In this document: positions 11,382-23,063 of the stretch, in pieces | Position numbering within the stretch: the first letter of the stretch is position 1 | How the letters are laid out: the number at the start of each line of letters is the position of its first letter | Assembly: GCA_002269645.1 (NCBI GenBank) | Contig: NIVC01000578.1 | Coordinates: 510,549 to 574,548 of the forward strand | DNA: 64,000 nt | Source: Macrostomum lignano | Lineage: Eukaryota | Direction of reading: 5' to 3' | Position numbers and translations under genes: made by a program | Notes under the pieces: model-generated | What the model was told of the DNA's origin: nothing | The model's input: only the letters and a program-made list of their open reading frames with translations | The model's database searches: none

Positions 11382-14300
11382 ATGAATCTATGTTCTGAAA
11401 AAGACAAGGATAGTGTTAGGTCTGCATCGAATTCTAGCTCACTGTTTCCACATAGTCATAAAGTGAACTATTTGCGTGGCAAATTGTCTGAAGATGTCTT
11501 TAAAGATCCAAAAGCCTCGCTTGATGTTTACATGAGCAACACACCCACCTTTTCAACATCTGATGATTCTGATTCCGACGAAATAATTCAAAGAGGGGCA
11601 TATGCAGGTGAGCTATTTTTATTTTACCATAGGTATGTTGTAAAGTTAATTTAAATAGCTTAGAGCTACTTTGTAATTTAATTATATTATTTATTTTAAA
11701 AACATTTCATACTTGGCTATAGGCCTATTGTCATGTTTATGTGGACCTTATTAAGATTTTTATACTTTTGGCAAATGTGCTACAAATATAAACAAAAAAC
11801 AAAGAACTTATATGATATATAATGAGACAAATTAAAGTATGTTAACCTAGGGCCATACTCCGGATCATGTAGTATATGCCCAGAAAATTGTCACATGTAA
11901 AAGTTATTAGGAAGTAGAAAAAACTGAAAAAAAGTTACATTTCAAGCATAAATTTCAAACTTTCCGGTTTTTTCAAGCTTGTAAATAACCACACTTAGGA
12001 AGGTGTCACTTGTGCGCGGGAATATATTTTAGCATATTTTTGGAGTATGCACTGTGCGCGAAGCTAAAATATGAATTTTTGTGCCAAGGTCTACATTCGT
12101 TTATTGACAAATACATAGCTAGAGTACTAATGCGCTGTAGCACTAAAAACTCGGTAAAAGTCCAATTAAAACAAAACTAAAAAAATGGATAAATTTTTGT
12201 ATATTATGTAGGCTTTTTTTCAACTTAAAACTTTTGCTTTATTTTAGCTTATGTAGAGAATTTTCAAAAGAAATAGCTCTAACTTTACCTTAAAATCCAA
12301 TTTTGAATTTTATTATTCGTTTTACTTACCAAGAAACAATTTTTTTATTGATATGCTTGGAAAAATCATAATCTTAAAGCATATTTTATGCACTGCATGT
12401 GTAGATTATACATTTAGGTGACCCAATGTGAGCTAAATTTTTCTGATCAGGTTTTGCTATGTGCCACTGTGTGCTAAAAACTTCTGCTAAGCCTTTGTTG
12501 TGCACTGTGTGTGCCACTTCGCGCATATTTTTCGTTGATGTGCGCTGGAATTTTCCGCCATAATGTACACCTTCCTGAGTGTGGGTAAATAAGCATTTCA
12601 ACAAATCTTTGCATGTAATTTATTTTCTGCTATGAATAATATCACAAAAAAGCATAAAAATCAACTAAATTATCTGTTAGTAGGGGTCTATTACACAATT
12701 AAAAGAAGATAATTTATTGTTAAAATGTAAAAAAGGTCATTTATTGTCACAACACTGGCATATTTTTTTGAAAAATGGTGGCATACACAAAATTTTTTTT
12801 GGCATGCATTTGTAACTATTCAATTTTTATTTGGGCATGCATCCAGCATGATCCAGACTATGGACCTAGGGGCTTCCAGTCAATTCAGCAATAAGCCAAT
12901 TTGGCAACAACTGATTCAATGACAAGTCAGTTTGGCAACAGCCAATTTGGCGAATGCTAAAGGCTAAAGAATTAAGCTATTACAACTTGTTGAATTTTAA
13001 ATATCTATATATTGTCATTGGCCCCTTGCATTCAAATTATAGAAAAACTTTTAATCAAAACTCATTTAAAAAAAATTCTAATATTTAATTATTCTTTCCA
13101 CAGACAAAGGCACTGGCCTGGCATATGCTAGGGGGCATAGTGCCATGTATACCATTTTCCCAACTAACCTAATATTCTAGACTTATACTTTGATGATTAT
13201 TTAGGATTATTAATATATATTATATTTATTATACACATATACCATTGAAGGTTAATATCATAATTTTTACAGTGTTAGTTAGGTCATGTAGGTATATCAA
13301 AACAAAGTACCAAAAGTTCAAGGACAACCAATAAGGCAACTTGTATTTATATGTAGTCTATTCCTAGAGGTGATAATTATTTATTCAGATATGTTTTAAC
13401 ATTTGTCTAGTTATCCCACACCTTGATTGTCAAGAAAAAAATTGCTAAAATGTTGCTTCCAATTGCCCACCTCAGCATTTTGCTGGCAGCTTTCCAAGAG
13501 AGACATTCTTGTATTTGTATCTCAACATTTGCTTTACTCAAGTACATTTGACATTCAAAACTGACAAAAAACATGTTGCCAAACTGACTGTCGCCAAATT
13601 GACTTGTCGCCAAATTGACTTTCATCAAGTCAACCTGTTGCTAAATTAACTGGTTCCCAACTTAGGCTAGGCACCTAAGGGCTGAGGCTAATATACTACT
13701 AGGCCTAGGGTTTTTGGATTTTGGATTTTGGCATCTTAGATTTGGACCATTGATATCAAATTGATACCTTGTTTTTCTAAGATTGATACCAACTTAACAA
13801 ATGTATAACAAATTAAATTATCAAAAACTATAAGCTAAACAAAATATTGTTTAATACCATTTTTATGCTTTTTCCTTAGATATAGTCTATGTGTAATATA
13901 AGTAGTTTTTCAAGTTCCTAGATTAAAATATTTTGTCTAGCTCAGAATATTAACATCACCTTGTATATAATCTAAATATACTAAAATGTCTCAATATATA
14001 TTTTTTCTACTCTACAATCTAGCAACATCTTGTGCTATAGACAAAAAGATAATGACTGTAGCATTAAAAGATCTGTCTGCAGCCCTAAAGCCATCACCTA
14101 TTACCTGGCCTCAGCCCCATGCCATCACCTATTACCTGGCCTCAGCCCCATGCCATCACCTATTACCTGGCCTCAGCCCCATGCCATCACCTATTACCTG
14201 GCCTCAGCCCCATGCCATCACCTATTACCTGGCCTCAGCCCCATGCCATCACCTATTACCTGGCCTCAGTCCCATGCCATCACCTATTACCTGGCCTCAG

Positions 14301-17300
14301 CCCATGCCATCACCTATTACCTGGCCTCAGCTCCCACCGCCGCTCCCTTCCACACCAGATGCCAAGATGCGGGTCGGCAGGGACTACCAGGCGACGCCAC
14401 CTGCACTCCTTGGCCAACCAGGCAGCCGCTGCAACTCCCCAGACGGCGCTTTCTGCGTTTGGTCGCCGCCACCGAGCTCTGCAGCCACGGAGGCGCAGCT
14501 GACGGCACTCGTTGACCTCGCCAGAGATCGCTACGGCTACTCAGCTGAGCAGGCGCTGGCCATGCTCTACTGGCACAAGCACAACATCGAGCTGGCCACC
14601 GCCGATCTGCCCAACTTTGTTCCATTCCCCGACGAGTGGACTCACGAGGAGAAGCTGGTGTTTGAGCAGGCTTTCAATTTTCAGGTTTGCTTCAACACGG
14701 GGATTTCAAATATATTCCAGAGACTACAAGTTAGTGCTTTGAGCTCCTTAAGATGAGCCATCTCTGCGATAATTGTTGAAGCCGAAACCCCAAGACTTTA
14801 CTTGAGCTCTTGACCCCACCTGACCTCAATAGAGATCATCAGAGAAACCGAAGCCCCAGGCTTGGGCTCTTGACCCCACCTGACCTCAATAGAGATCATC
14901 AGAGAAACCGAAGCCCCAGGCTTTTGAACTCTTGACCCCACCTGACCTCAATAGAGATCATCAGAGAAACCGAAGCCCAGGCTTGAGCTCTTGACCCCAC
15001 CTGACCTCAATAGAGATCATCAGAGAAACCGAAGCCCCATGCTTGAGCTCTTGACCCCACCTGACCTCAATAGAGATCATCAGAGAAACCGAAGCCCCAG
15101 GCTTTTGAACTCTTGACCCCACATGACCTCAATAGAGATCATCAGAGAAACCGAAGCCCCAGGCTTGAGCTCTTGACCCTACCTGACCTCAATAGAGATC
15201 ATCAGAGAAACCGAAGCCCCAGGCTTGAGCTCTTGACCCTACCTGACCTCAATAGAGATCATCAGAGAAACCGAAGCCCCAGGCTTGGGCTCTTGACCCT
15301 ACCTGACCTCAATAGAGATCATCAGAGAAACCGAAGCCCCATGCTTGAGCTCTTGCGCAGCCATAGAAGCATTCATGACTCTTGAGCCGTGACCCCAATT
15401 GACCCCTCATTGCCCGACCCCGCCGGCAGGGCAAGCAGTTCAGCAAGATCGCGCACGCCCTGCCGGACAAGTCGGTGCCGCACCTGGTGAAGTACTATTA
15501 CCAGTGGAAGAAGTCGCGCTCCAAGTCCACAGCGCTGGACAAGCGGCGCGCCAGCCGCGGAGAAGGCGGCGTCGGCGGCCGGGGAGGCGACAGCGACTCA
15601 GAGTCGAGCCTGTCCGACTCGGAGCTGCCCCGACTGCCGCCCGGCTGCGGCCGAGTTCGGGCGAAGCAGCCGCCGTCCCAGCAGCGGCGGCGCTCGTCTC
15701 CGCCCAAGGCCGCCCAGCCTCGGCCGCCGCATCGGCCGACTCGGAGGCGGCGCATTCCGCACGCCATTTTCCTGGACTATGAAGCCCTGCTGACCATGTC
15801 GCAGCAGAGCCTGGCCGAGGTGAGCCTTGCCTACTGTCAGTAGTTTGCTGGAATCATCTGCAGCACCCACTGTAAGCTAGTGTCAGTAGTTTGCTGGAAT
15901 CATCTGCAGCACCCACTGTAAGCTAGTGTCAGTAGTTTGCTGGAATCATCTGCAGCACCCACTGTAAGCTACTGTCAGTAGTTTGCTGGAATCATCTGCA
16001 GCACCCACTGTAAGCTACTGTCAGTAGTTTGCTGGAATCATCTGCAGCACCCACTGTAAGCTACTGTCAGTAGTTTGTTATAATTATCTGCAGCACCCAC
16101 TGTTAGCTACTGTCAGTAGTTTGTTAGAATTATCTGCAGCACCCACTGTTAGCTACTGTCAGTAGTTTGCTGGAATCATCTGCAGCACCCACTGTAAGCT
16201 ACTGTCAGTAGTTTGCTGGAATCATCTGCAGCACCCACTGTAAGCTACTGTCAGTAGTTTGCTGGAATCATCTGCAGCACCCACTGTAAGCTACTGTCAG
16301 TAGTTTGCTGGAATCATCTGCAGCACCCACTGTAAGCTACTGTCAGTAGTTTGCTGGAATCATCTGCAGCACCCACTGTTAGCTACTGTCAGTAGTTTGT
16401 TAGAATTATCCGCAGCACCCACTGTTAACTACTGTCAGTAGTTTGTTAGAATTATCTGTAGCACCCACTGTAAGCTACCGTCAGTAGTATGCTGGCAGCA
16501 TTGACATACTAACCAAATTTTAAAATGATCTTCATGGCTCCCGGCGTCCCGGCTCGCAGAACGAGGCGATTGTGACGGCCCTTGACAACCGGCTGGTGAC
16601 GGCGCGCACGCAGGTGCAGCGCAATCGAGCCGAGCTCGCCCAGCGTTGGAGCAGCCTGGTCGCTGAGGCTGAGGCGTTTCAGGTGCGAAAGAATTTATTC
16701 TGCTGTGCCGGCTTGCCGGTTTTTCGGTTGTCAGAACTGTAAAGTCTGGTCGTATACTTGCAGTAGGCCAATAAAATCAAAATTGATTCTCGCATTGTGC
16801 GTCTTGAAGATTCTAGCAAAATGCAATAAAAGGAAATATAATAAAATTAACGAGATCGGAGAGCGTTTCTAGGAAATCTGAAAGCGGTTCTAGGAAATCC
16901 GAAAGCGATTCTAGGAAATCCGAAAGCGATTCTAGGAAATCTGAAAGCGATTATAGGAAATCTGAAAGCGGTTCTAGGAAATCTGAAAGCGATTTTAGGA
17001 AATCCGAAAGCGATTCTAGGAAATCCGATCAATTCTAGGAAATCACAAAGGGATTCTAGGAAATCTGAAAGCGATTCTAGGAAATCTGAAAGCGATTTTA
17101 GGAAATCCGAAAGCGATTCTAGGAAATCCGATCAATTCTAGGAAATCACAAAGGGATTCTAGGAAATCTGAAAGCGATTCTAGGAAATCTCAAAGGGATT
17201 CTAGAAAATCTAACATCAAATTCAGTCATTCAAGCCAATCGCGAGTAATTCCAGCTTTGCACTACGAACCAGCAGTAGTGTTAGTTGCGTACACCTCTTC

Positions 17301-17577
17301 GCCCCACTCTCAACGCCAGGAGCCGCGCACGGAGGCGCCGATCTCGTGCAAGTGGACCGAGGACGAGCTGCTGCTGGCTGTGCAGGGCGTCCGCCGCTAC
17401 GGCAAAGACTTTCGCGCCATCGCCCAGCTGGTGGGCACCAAGAATGAGCAGCACGTGCGCTACTTCTTCGCCCAGTACCGGTCCAAGTTCAGCCTGGACT
17501 CCGTGCTGGCCGAGTTCTGCAAGGAGGCCGCCGCTGCCTCCGCGCATCCTGACGAGGCCGGCGGGTCGGCCAGCTGA
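11382..17577 (+). CDS. RCOR: REST corepressor (CoREST/RCOR family; ELM2 + two SANT domains), ~440 aa; exons join(11382..11607,14359..14684,15430..15819,16560..16682,17320..17577)
   Basis: ELM2 start MRVGRDYQA, SANT1 DEWTHEEKLVFEQAFNFQ|GKQFSKIAHALPDKSVPHLVKYYYQWKK, coiled-coil linker, SANT2 KWTEDELLLAVQGVRRYGKDFRAIAQLVGTKNEQHVRYFF. All junctions are GT-AG and the total is 1323 nt, divisible by 3. The first exon (SDDSDSDE..GCAG|GTGAGC, phase 1 matching CACCAG|AT at 14359) is less certain than the others. Confidence 0.88.
11847..12869. mobile_element. ~1-kb non-autonomous TIR element in RCOR intron 1
   Basis: Left CTAGGGCCATACTCCGGATCATG..ATGCCCAGAAAATTG versus the reverse complement of the right end CTAGGTCCATAGTCTGGATCATG..ATGCCCAAATAAAAATTG. 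Confidence 0.55.
12870..13658. mobile_element. Degenerate TIR element with subterminal (CAATTTGGCGAC)-like repeats
   Basis: Left CCAGTCAATTCAGCAATAAG..CAGTTTGGCAAC versus right GTTGCCAAACTG..TTGCTAAATTAACTGG. No TSD found. Confidence 0.4.
14088..14330. repeat. 31-bp minisatellite at the 3' end of RCOR intron 1
   Basis: Unit CCCCATGCCATCACCTATTACCTGGCCTCAG, ~8 copies. Confidence 0.9.
14803..15354. repeat. ~60-62-bp minisatellite in RCOR intron 2
   Basis: Unit GAGCTCTTGACCCCACCTGACCTCAATAGAGATCATCAGAGAAACCGAAGCCCCAGGCTT, ~9 copies. Confidence 0.9.
15832..16490. repeat. 46-bp minisatellite in RCOR intron 3
   Basis: Unit CTACTGTCAGTAGTTTGCTGGAATCATCTGCAGCACCCACTGTAAG, ~14 copies. Confidence 0.9.
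16866..17205. repeat. 21-bp minisatellite in RCOR intron 4
   Basis: Unit TTCTAGGAAATCCGAAAGCGA and variants. Confidence 0.9.
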
Positions 17578-18114
17578 CCGGCCTGTCCGGGACCTGCTCT
17601 CATCCCCCCAACATCGAATCACTGACTTCCCCAACATGACATCCTCATTCCCTAAGAGCCTGCTTGATCAGCAATGAGTTGTACATATAACATGACCTGC
17701 ATCTGTTGGCATTTTTGACAATGAAGCGTTTTGACAAGTTTCAGACTGAGCGGGTTTGGCAAATGTTATTTATATTAATCTCATAATGTACATTGATAAA
17801 CTTTCTGATGGGCAGTGGAATACTTTGCGATCTTTTTTCGCGCACCTTTTCTGTAGCGCGACCTCCTACCGCGTTTCCGTTGTGTTACCTTATTAGTTTT
17901 GGTAGTTTATGCTGTTTATTAGTAGTATATTAGCAGTAGTAGAGACTGACGGGCTCGAACCCGCGAATTTGCGTTTAATTTTTTTTTGTTTTTTTTATTA
18001 CATTGAATTTCGCTTCTATCCGGCTAGCCCGGGTTTCTCAGTGCTTGCTGTCTTGGTTTTGTCCGCGTCTCTGCCACGCTATGATTTATTGACAGCTGGC
18101 GGCTTGGCTGATGC

Positions 18115-18785
18115 CAGTTTACTAGTTACTCCAAGCTAATAGTTTACTAGTTACTCAAAGCTACCAGTTTACTAGTTACTCAAATCTAATAGTTTACTAG
18201 TTACTCAAAGCTAATAGTTTACTAGTTACTCAAAGCTATCAGTTTACTAGTTACTCAAAGCTATCAGTTTACTAGTTACTCAAAGCTACCAGTTTACTAG
18301 TTACTCAAAGCTAATAGTTTACTAGTAGGTCAGAGCAACTGCCAGTTTACTAGTTACTCAAAGCTACCAGTTTACTAGTTACCCAAAGCTACCAGTTTAC
18401 TAGTTACCCAAAGCTACCAGTTTACTAGTTACTCAAAGCTAATAGTTTACTAGTTTTTCAAAGCTAATAGTTTACTAGTTTTTCAAAGCTAATAGTTTAC
18501 TAGTTACTCAAAGCTAATAGTTTACTAGTAGGTCAGAGCTACTGCCAGTTTACTAGTTACTCAAAGCTACCAGTTTACTAGTTACTCAAAACTAATAGTT
18601 TACTAGTTACCCAAAGCTACTAGTTTACTACTTACTCCAAGCTACTAGTTTACTAGTTACTCAAAACTAATAATTTACTAGTTACTCAAAGCTACCAGTT
18701 TACTAGTTACCCAAAGCTACCAGTTTACTAGTTACTTCAAGCGACCAGTTTACTAGTAAGTTACCAGAAGCTACCAGCTTACCTA
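18115..18785. repeat. 25-bp minisatellite
   Basis: Unit CCAGTTTACTAGTTACTCAAAGCTA. Confidence 0.9.
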
Positions 18786-19104
18786 GTCTTACTCGAAGGC
18801 CCCAACGCAGCGTTTATCCGCATTGTTCTCCGATGTTTAGCAGGCCCTGCTTCCGCTTCCCGCTTGTCTCACAGCTCTGCTTTTTAATCCACCTCCTGTT
18901 TTTCGTGGCTTGGCCGCGCAAGTCACCAAATACTAGAAATACACATTGCTGATGATATTGTTAACCTGACTGCCGTCTTGTCCGCTTCGAAGTTCTCCCT
19001 GCCAGATCTTTGTTGCGGGGATCAACATTCTGCTGCCCATGCTGTGCGGCAGGCTCCTTTAGTCCTCGCTTATTTGCTTTGCGCCTGTGTATTCGCTCAA
19101 AGCA

Positions 19105-19510
19105 TCCACCCATTCACTCACCAACTCGCTCACTCACGCTCACTCATTCATTCACTCACCCACTCGCTCACTCACGCTCACTCATTCATTCACTCACCCA
19201 CTCGCTCACTCACACTCACTCATTCATTCACTCACCCACTCGCTCACTCACTCACGCTCACTCATTCATTCACTCACCCACTCGCTCACTCACTCACGCT
19301 CACTCATTCATTCACTCACCCACTCACTCACACACAATTACTCATTCACTCACTCACTCACACACGCACACTAGCCCAATCACTCACTCACTCATTCATT
19401 CACTCACCCACTCGCTCACTCACGCTCACTCATTCATTCACTCACCCACTCGCTCACTCACTCACTCACTCACTCACACATTCATTTACTCAATCGATCA
19501 CTCACTCACT
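19105..19510. repeat. (CACT/CATT/CGCT)n tetranucleotide-derived low-complexity array
   Basis: Runs of CACTCACTCATTCATTCACTCACCCACTCGCT. Confidence 0.9.
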
Positions 19511-19918
19511 TAATTGATCACCGCAATTCTCGCCGTTTGTCGGTGCTCTCTCAGAGCTCAGAATGCCGTTGCACTTCTGTACCTGCTATGGAGACCGCTG
19601 GCAACAAGAGAATAAACAATCGCATAGAGCTGAGATTCGCACTGCCATGAAAGCAGCCGGGATTCTGATTAGCGAAGCAAGTCGATTCTCATCTGCCTCG
19701 CGCGGCTCTGCTGCTTGTTTTTAATCATTAGTATTCCGAAATGCACTCACCCCTGCATTGTGCGGCCCGCATGTCAGCTATATACACTGCACTAGTGCCA
19801 CTCTGGCATGCTTTCTGACTCAAGCTTGAGCAGCAGCCGACAGTACATTCCCAGCAAATTCCCTCCGCAACTGCCTTTTGAACCGCGGATTTCTAACACT
19901 GGAATCGCAGCTGCTGGC

Positions 19919-20410
19919 ATGTCGCGGCATCAGAAGGCGGCGCCTCCGCCAGCCAAGGGCAACGGCAAGATGCTGGACGTGCTGGCCAGAATTTTGGACG
20001 ACGAGAGGCGCAGGAAGGCGGCTGCGGCGGCAAAGTCTGCGGCCAGCGCGGCTCCAAAAGAAGCGTCGATGAAGCAGCCAGAGGCAAACAGCGGCAAACT
20101 GCAGGCTGCAGCTGGTCGGAGCGCCGCTTCAAAGCCGGACAAAGAGTCCGCGTCACTAAGGAATTCGAATGATGGAGCGAAACCTGCCTCCCCTCCTGCT
20201 GCTCAACCTGTTCAGGCCGAGGCGCCACCTGTGGCTCCGGTAGTGGCGCCACATGCAGCTCCGGTACTGGCGCCACCTGCAGCTCCGGTAGTGGTGCCAC
20301 CTGCGGTCAGCGGGGTTCCGGTGGTGCCGCTGCCGGTGGTGAAGGAAGACTGGGAGATCGAAGTCGATCGCGAGTTGGAGAAGCTCAAGCGGTTCGGCCT
20401 GCCTGACTGA
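19919..20410 (+). CDS. Possible single-exon orphan protein, ~163 aa, Ala/Pro/Val-rich with charged C-terminal helix (EDWEIEVDRELEKLKRFGLPD)
   Basis: Open frame 19808..20410 with GC-rich codon usage like neighbouring genes. The ATG at 19919 follows a CGCAG acceptor-like site. No family recognised. Confidence 0.5.
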   Translation: MSRHQKAAPPPAKGNGKMLDVLARILDDERRRKAAAAAKSAASAAPKEASMKQPEANSGKLQAAAGRSAASKPDKESASLRNSNDGAKPASPPAAQPVQAEAPPVAPVVAPHAAPVLAPPAAPVVVPPAVSGVPVVPLPVVKEDWEIEVDRELEKLKRFGLPD

Positions 20411-20807
20411 GCCACCAATTGAGTCTGATTGAACTTCTACTTTCCTAGAAGCTTTTGTACTGTCTGCATTGCAGGGACCAGTTTCTTAAGCACTGAATTC
20501 CCAACATCCCACTTGATGAATTTCTTCTTAAAGTTCTTCTGGAACTTCGAGAGTTTTGTCGAGAAAAGGTTTAATAAAAGCATTGCTTCGATTCACGGCG
20601 CCGGGTGGGGTTTTGCCATAGACGAAATCGGTCGAGGAAATCCGCACTAGAAAATACACTGAAGAGACAGGAGCAGCAGAAATTTCGCTGGGACTTTGCT
20701 GGCATGCCCGTGTCCAGTAGTATATAGCGTTTCAGGAAAATAATAACTTGCAAGTGCAGCTTAGACGCAACTCGCGCTTGCCTCGTTTGCGATTTTGGAG
20801 GTGCAAA

Positions 20808-21760
20808 AGGCAGGATGCTTGCTATCTGCAGGATGCTTCTATCTGCAGGATGCTTGCTATCTGCAGGATGCTTGCTATCTGCAGGATGCTTGCTATCTGC
20901 AGGATGCTTGCTATCTGGGTGGATGCTTCTACGAGTATCTGCAGGATGCTTATACGATTCGGGTGGATGCTTCTATCTGCAGGATGCTTACTATCTGGGT
21001 GGATGCTTCTACGAGTATCTGCAGGATGCTTACTATCTGGGTGGATGCTTCTACGAGTATCTGCAGGATGCTTACTATCTGGGTGGATGCTTCTACGAGT
21101 ATCTGCAGGATGCTTACTATCTGGGTGGATGCTTCTACGAGTATCTGCAGGATGCTTACTATCTGGGTGGATGCTTCTACGAGTATCTGCAGGATGCTTA
21201 TACGATTCGGGTGGATGCTTCTATCTGCAGGATGCTTACTATCTGGGTGAATGCTTCTACGAGTATCTGCAGGATGCTTACTATCTGGGTGGATGCTTCT
21301 ACGAGTATCTGCAGGATGCTTACTATCTGGGTGGATGCTTCTACGAGTATCTGCAGGATGCTTATACGATTCGGGTGGATGCTTCTATCTGCAGGATGCT
21401 TACTATCTGGGTGGATGCTTCTACGAGTATCTGCAGGATGCTTACTATCTGGGTGGATGCTTCTACGAGTATCTGCAGGATGCTTACTATCTGGGTGGAT
21501 GCTTCTACGAGTATCTGCAGGATGCTTACGATCTGGGTGGATGCTTCTGTAATATCTGGGGGTGCTTGCTATCTGCAGGATGCTTGCTATCTGGGTGGAT
21601 GCTTCTACGAGTATCTGCAGGATGCTTACTATCTGGGTGGATGCTTCTACGAGTATCTGCAGGATGCTTACGATTTGGTTGGATGCTTCTGTAATATCTG
21701 GGGGTGCTTGCTATCTGCAGGATGCTTGCTATCTGGGTGGATGCTTCTATCTGGGGTATG
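20808..21760. repeat. Composite minisatellite of 18-bp and 42-bp units
   Basis: TATCTGCAGGATGCTTGC monomers followed by TATCTGCAGGATGCTTACTATCTGGGTGGATGCTTCTACGAG dimers. Confidence 0.9.
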
Positions 21761-22141
21761 CTTGCTATGAGCATTTGAGGATGCTTGCTATTTGCGGTTG
21801 TTTACTTTTGGAGGGGGGGTGCTTGCTGTCTTGGGAATATTTTCTATTTAGGGGAAGCTATATTTTGTCTGTTTGTTAATTTTAGAGAAAAAGTGATTCT
21901 TTCACTTTGCAAACATCTTTGTCCGTGACAATTTTACACGAATAAGGTGATTTTTAAAAGTGAAGAAGGAATTTTTGTTTAAGTAGCACAGAAAAGTTGC
22001 TGATCCTTGCTGCTGGTTGCCTACCTGTTGATGTTGCAAAGCCTTCTTGTTTATTTAGTCTGCATGGATGAGTGCCGGTGTTGCAATCGCGCAAGATCGA
22101 ACAATTTGTACTTTTAATAACTCAGTTTGCGTATGGCAAAT

Positions 22142-22530
<389 letters not shown>

Positions 22531-23063
22531 GCTGTCCCTCTGTCGCAACAGCCAGTGTTTGAACAGGAAAAATAGAACTCCAAGAGAAGTCTGCCGAGTG
22601 TGCGATGCTTGACAATGTCTTTATTAATTAATGCAAACAGCAGCACACCGAGATGAGGGAATCCCATGCGGGATGAAATCTGCATGCCTCCGGGAACTCT
22701 GAGAGCTGAGGTTTCGGTAAAGCGATTTTGTGGAGACTCCAAACACTCTGTCTCCGGCAGCGGAGATCACGTGCTCAGGATTAGGGAGATAATCTTGCTC
22801 GTAGTACTCGTATGAGAGTTGATTTGAAAAGCAAGAATCACGTAGGTTGTTTAATACTCTGAGATCGGATATGCATGCAGTTAAGGACCACTAAGCAGTC
22901 TGTTTGCTACTGATTAACTAATAGTTAAACTTCATATACACATGCTAAAAATGAATCCAAGGACATCCAACATTCCATGAAAGTTTTATTTTCATTTTCA
23001 TTTTCCAGCATGAAATGAGAACTCTTACTCATTAGAAGCTGTCATTGAGTCGATGCGGCTTCA

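Noticed and set aside
6540-14000. Horizontally acquired, bacterial or organellar insert explaining the AT-rich block
   Set aside because: There are no gene-dense ORFs. It contains TIR elements and the spliced first exon of RCOR, so it is host DNA with decayed TEs.
14331-14358. RCOR exon 2 starting at the repeat-terminal CCTCAG (14330)
   Set aside because: That site is phase 0 and incompatible with the phase-1 donor at 11608. The acceptor at 14358 has a better pyrimidine tract and restores the frame.
14088-16490. CRISPR-like arrays (also other 25-46-bp repeats)
   Set aside because: Units are directly adjacent with no unique spacers, the context is eukaryotic introns, and there are no cas genes.
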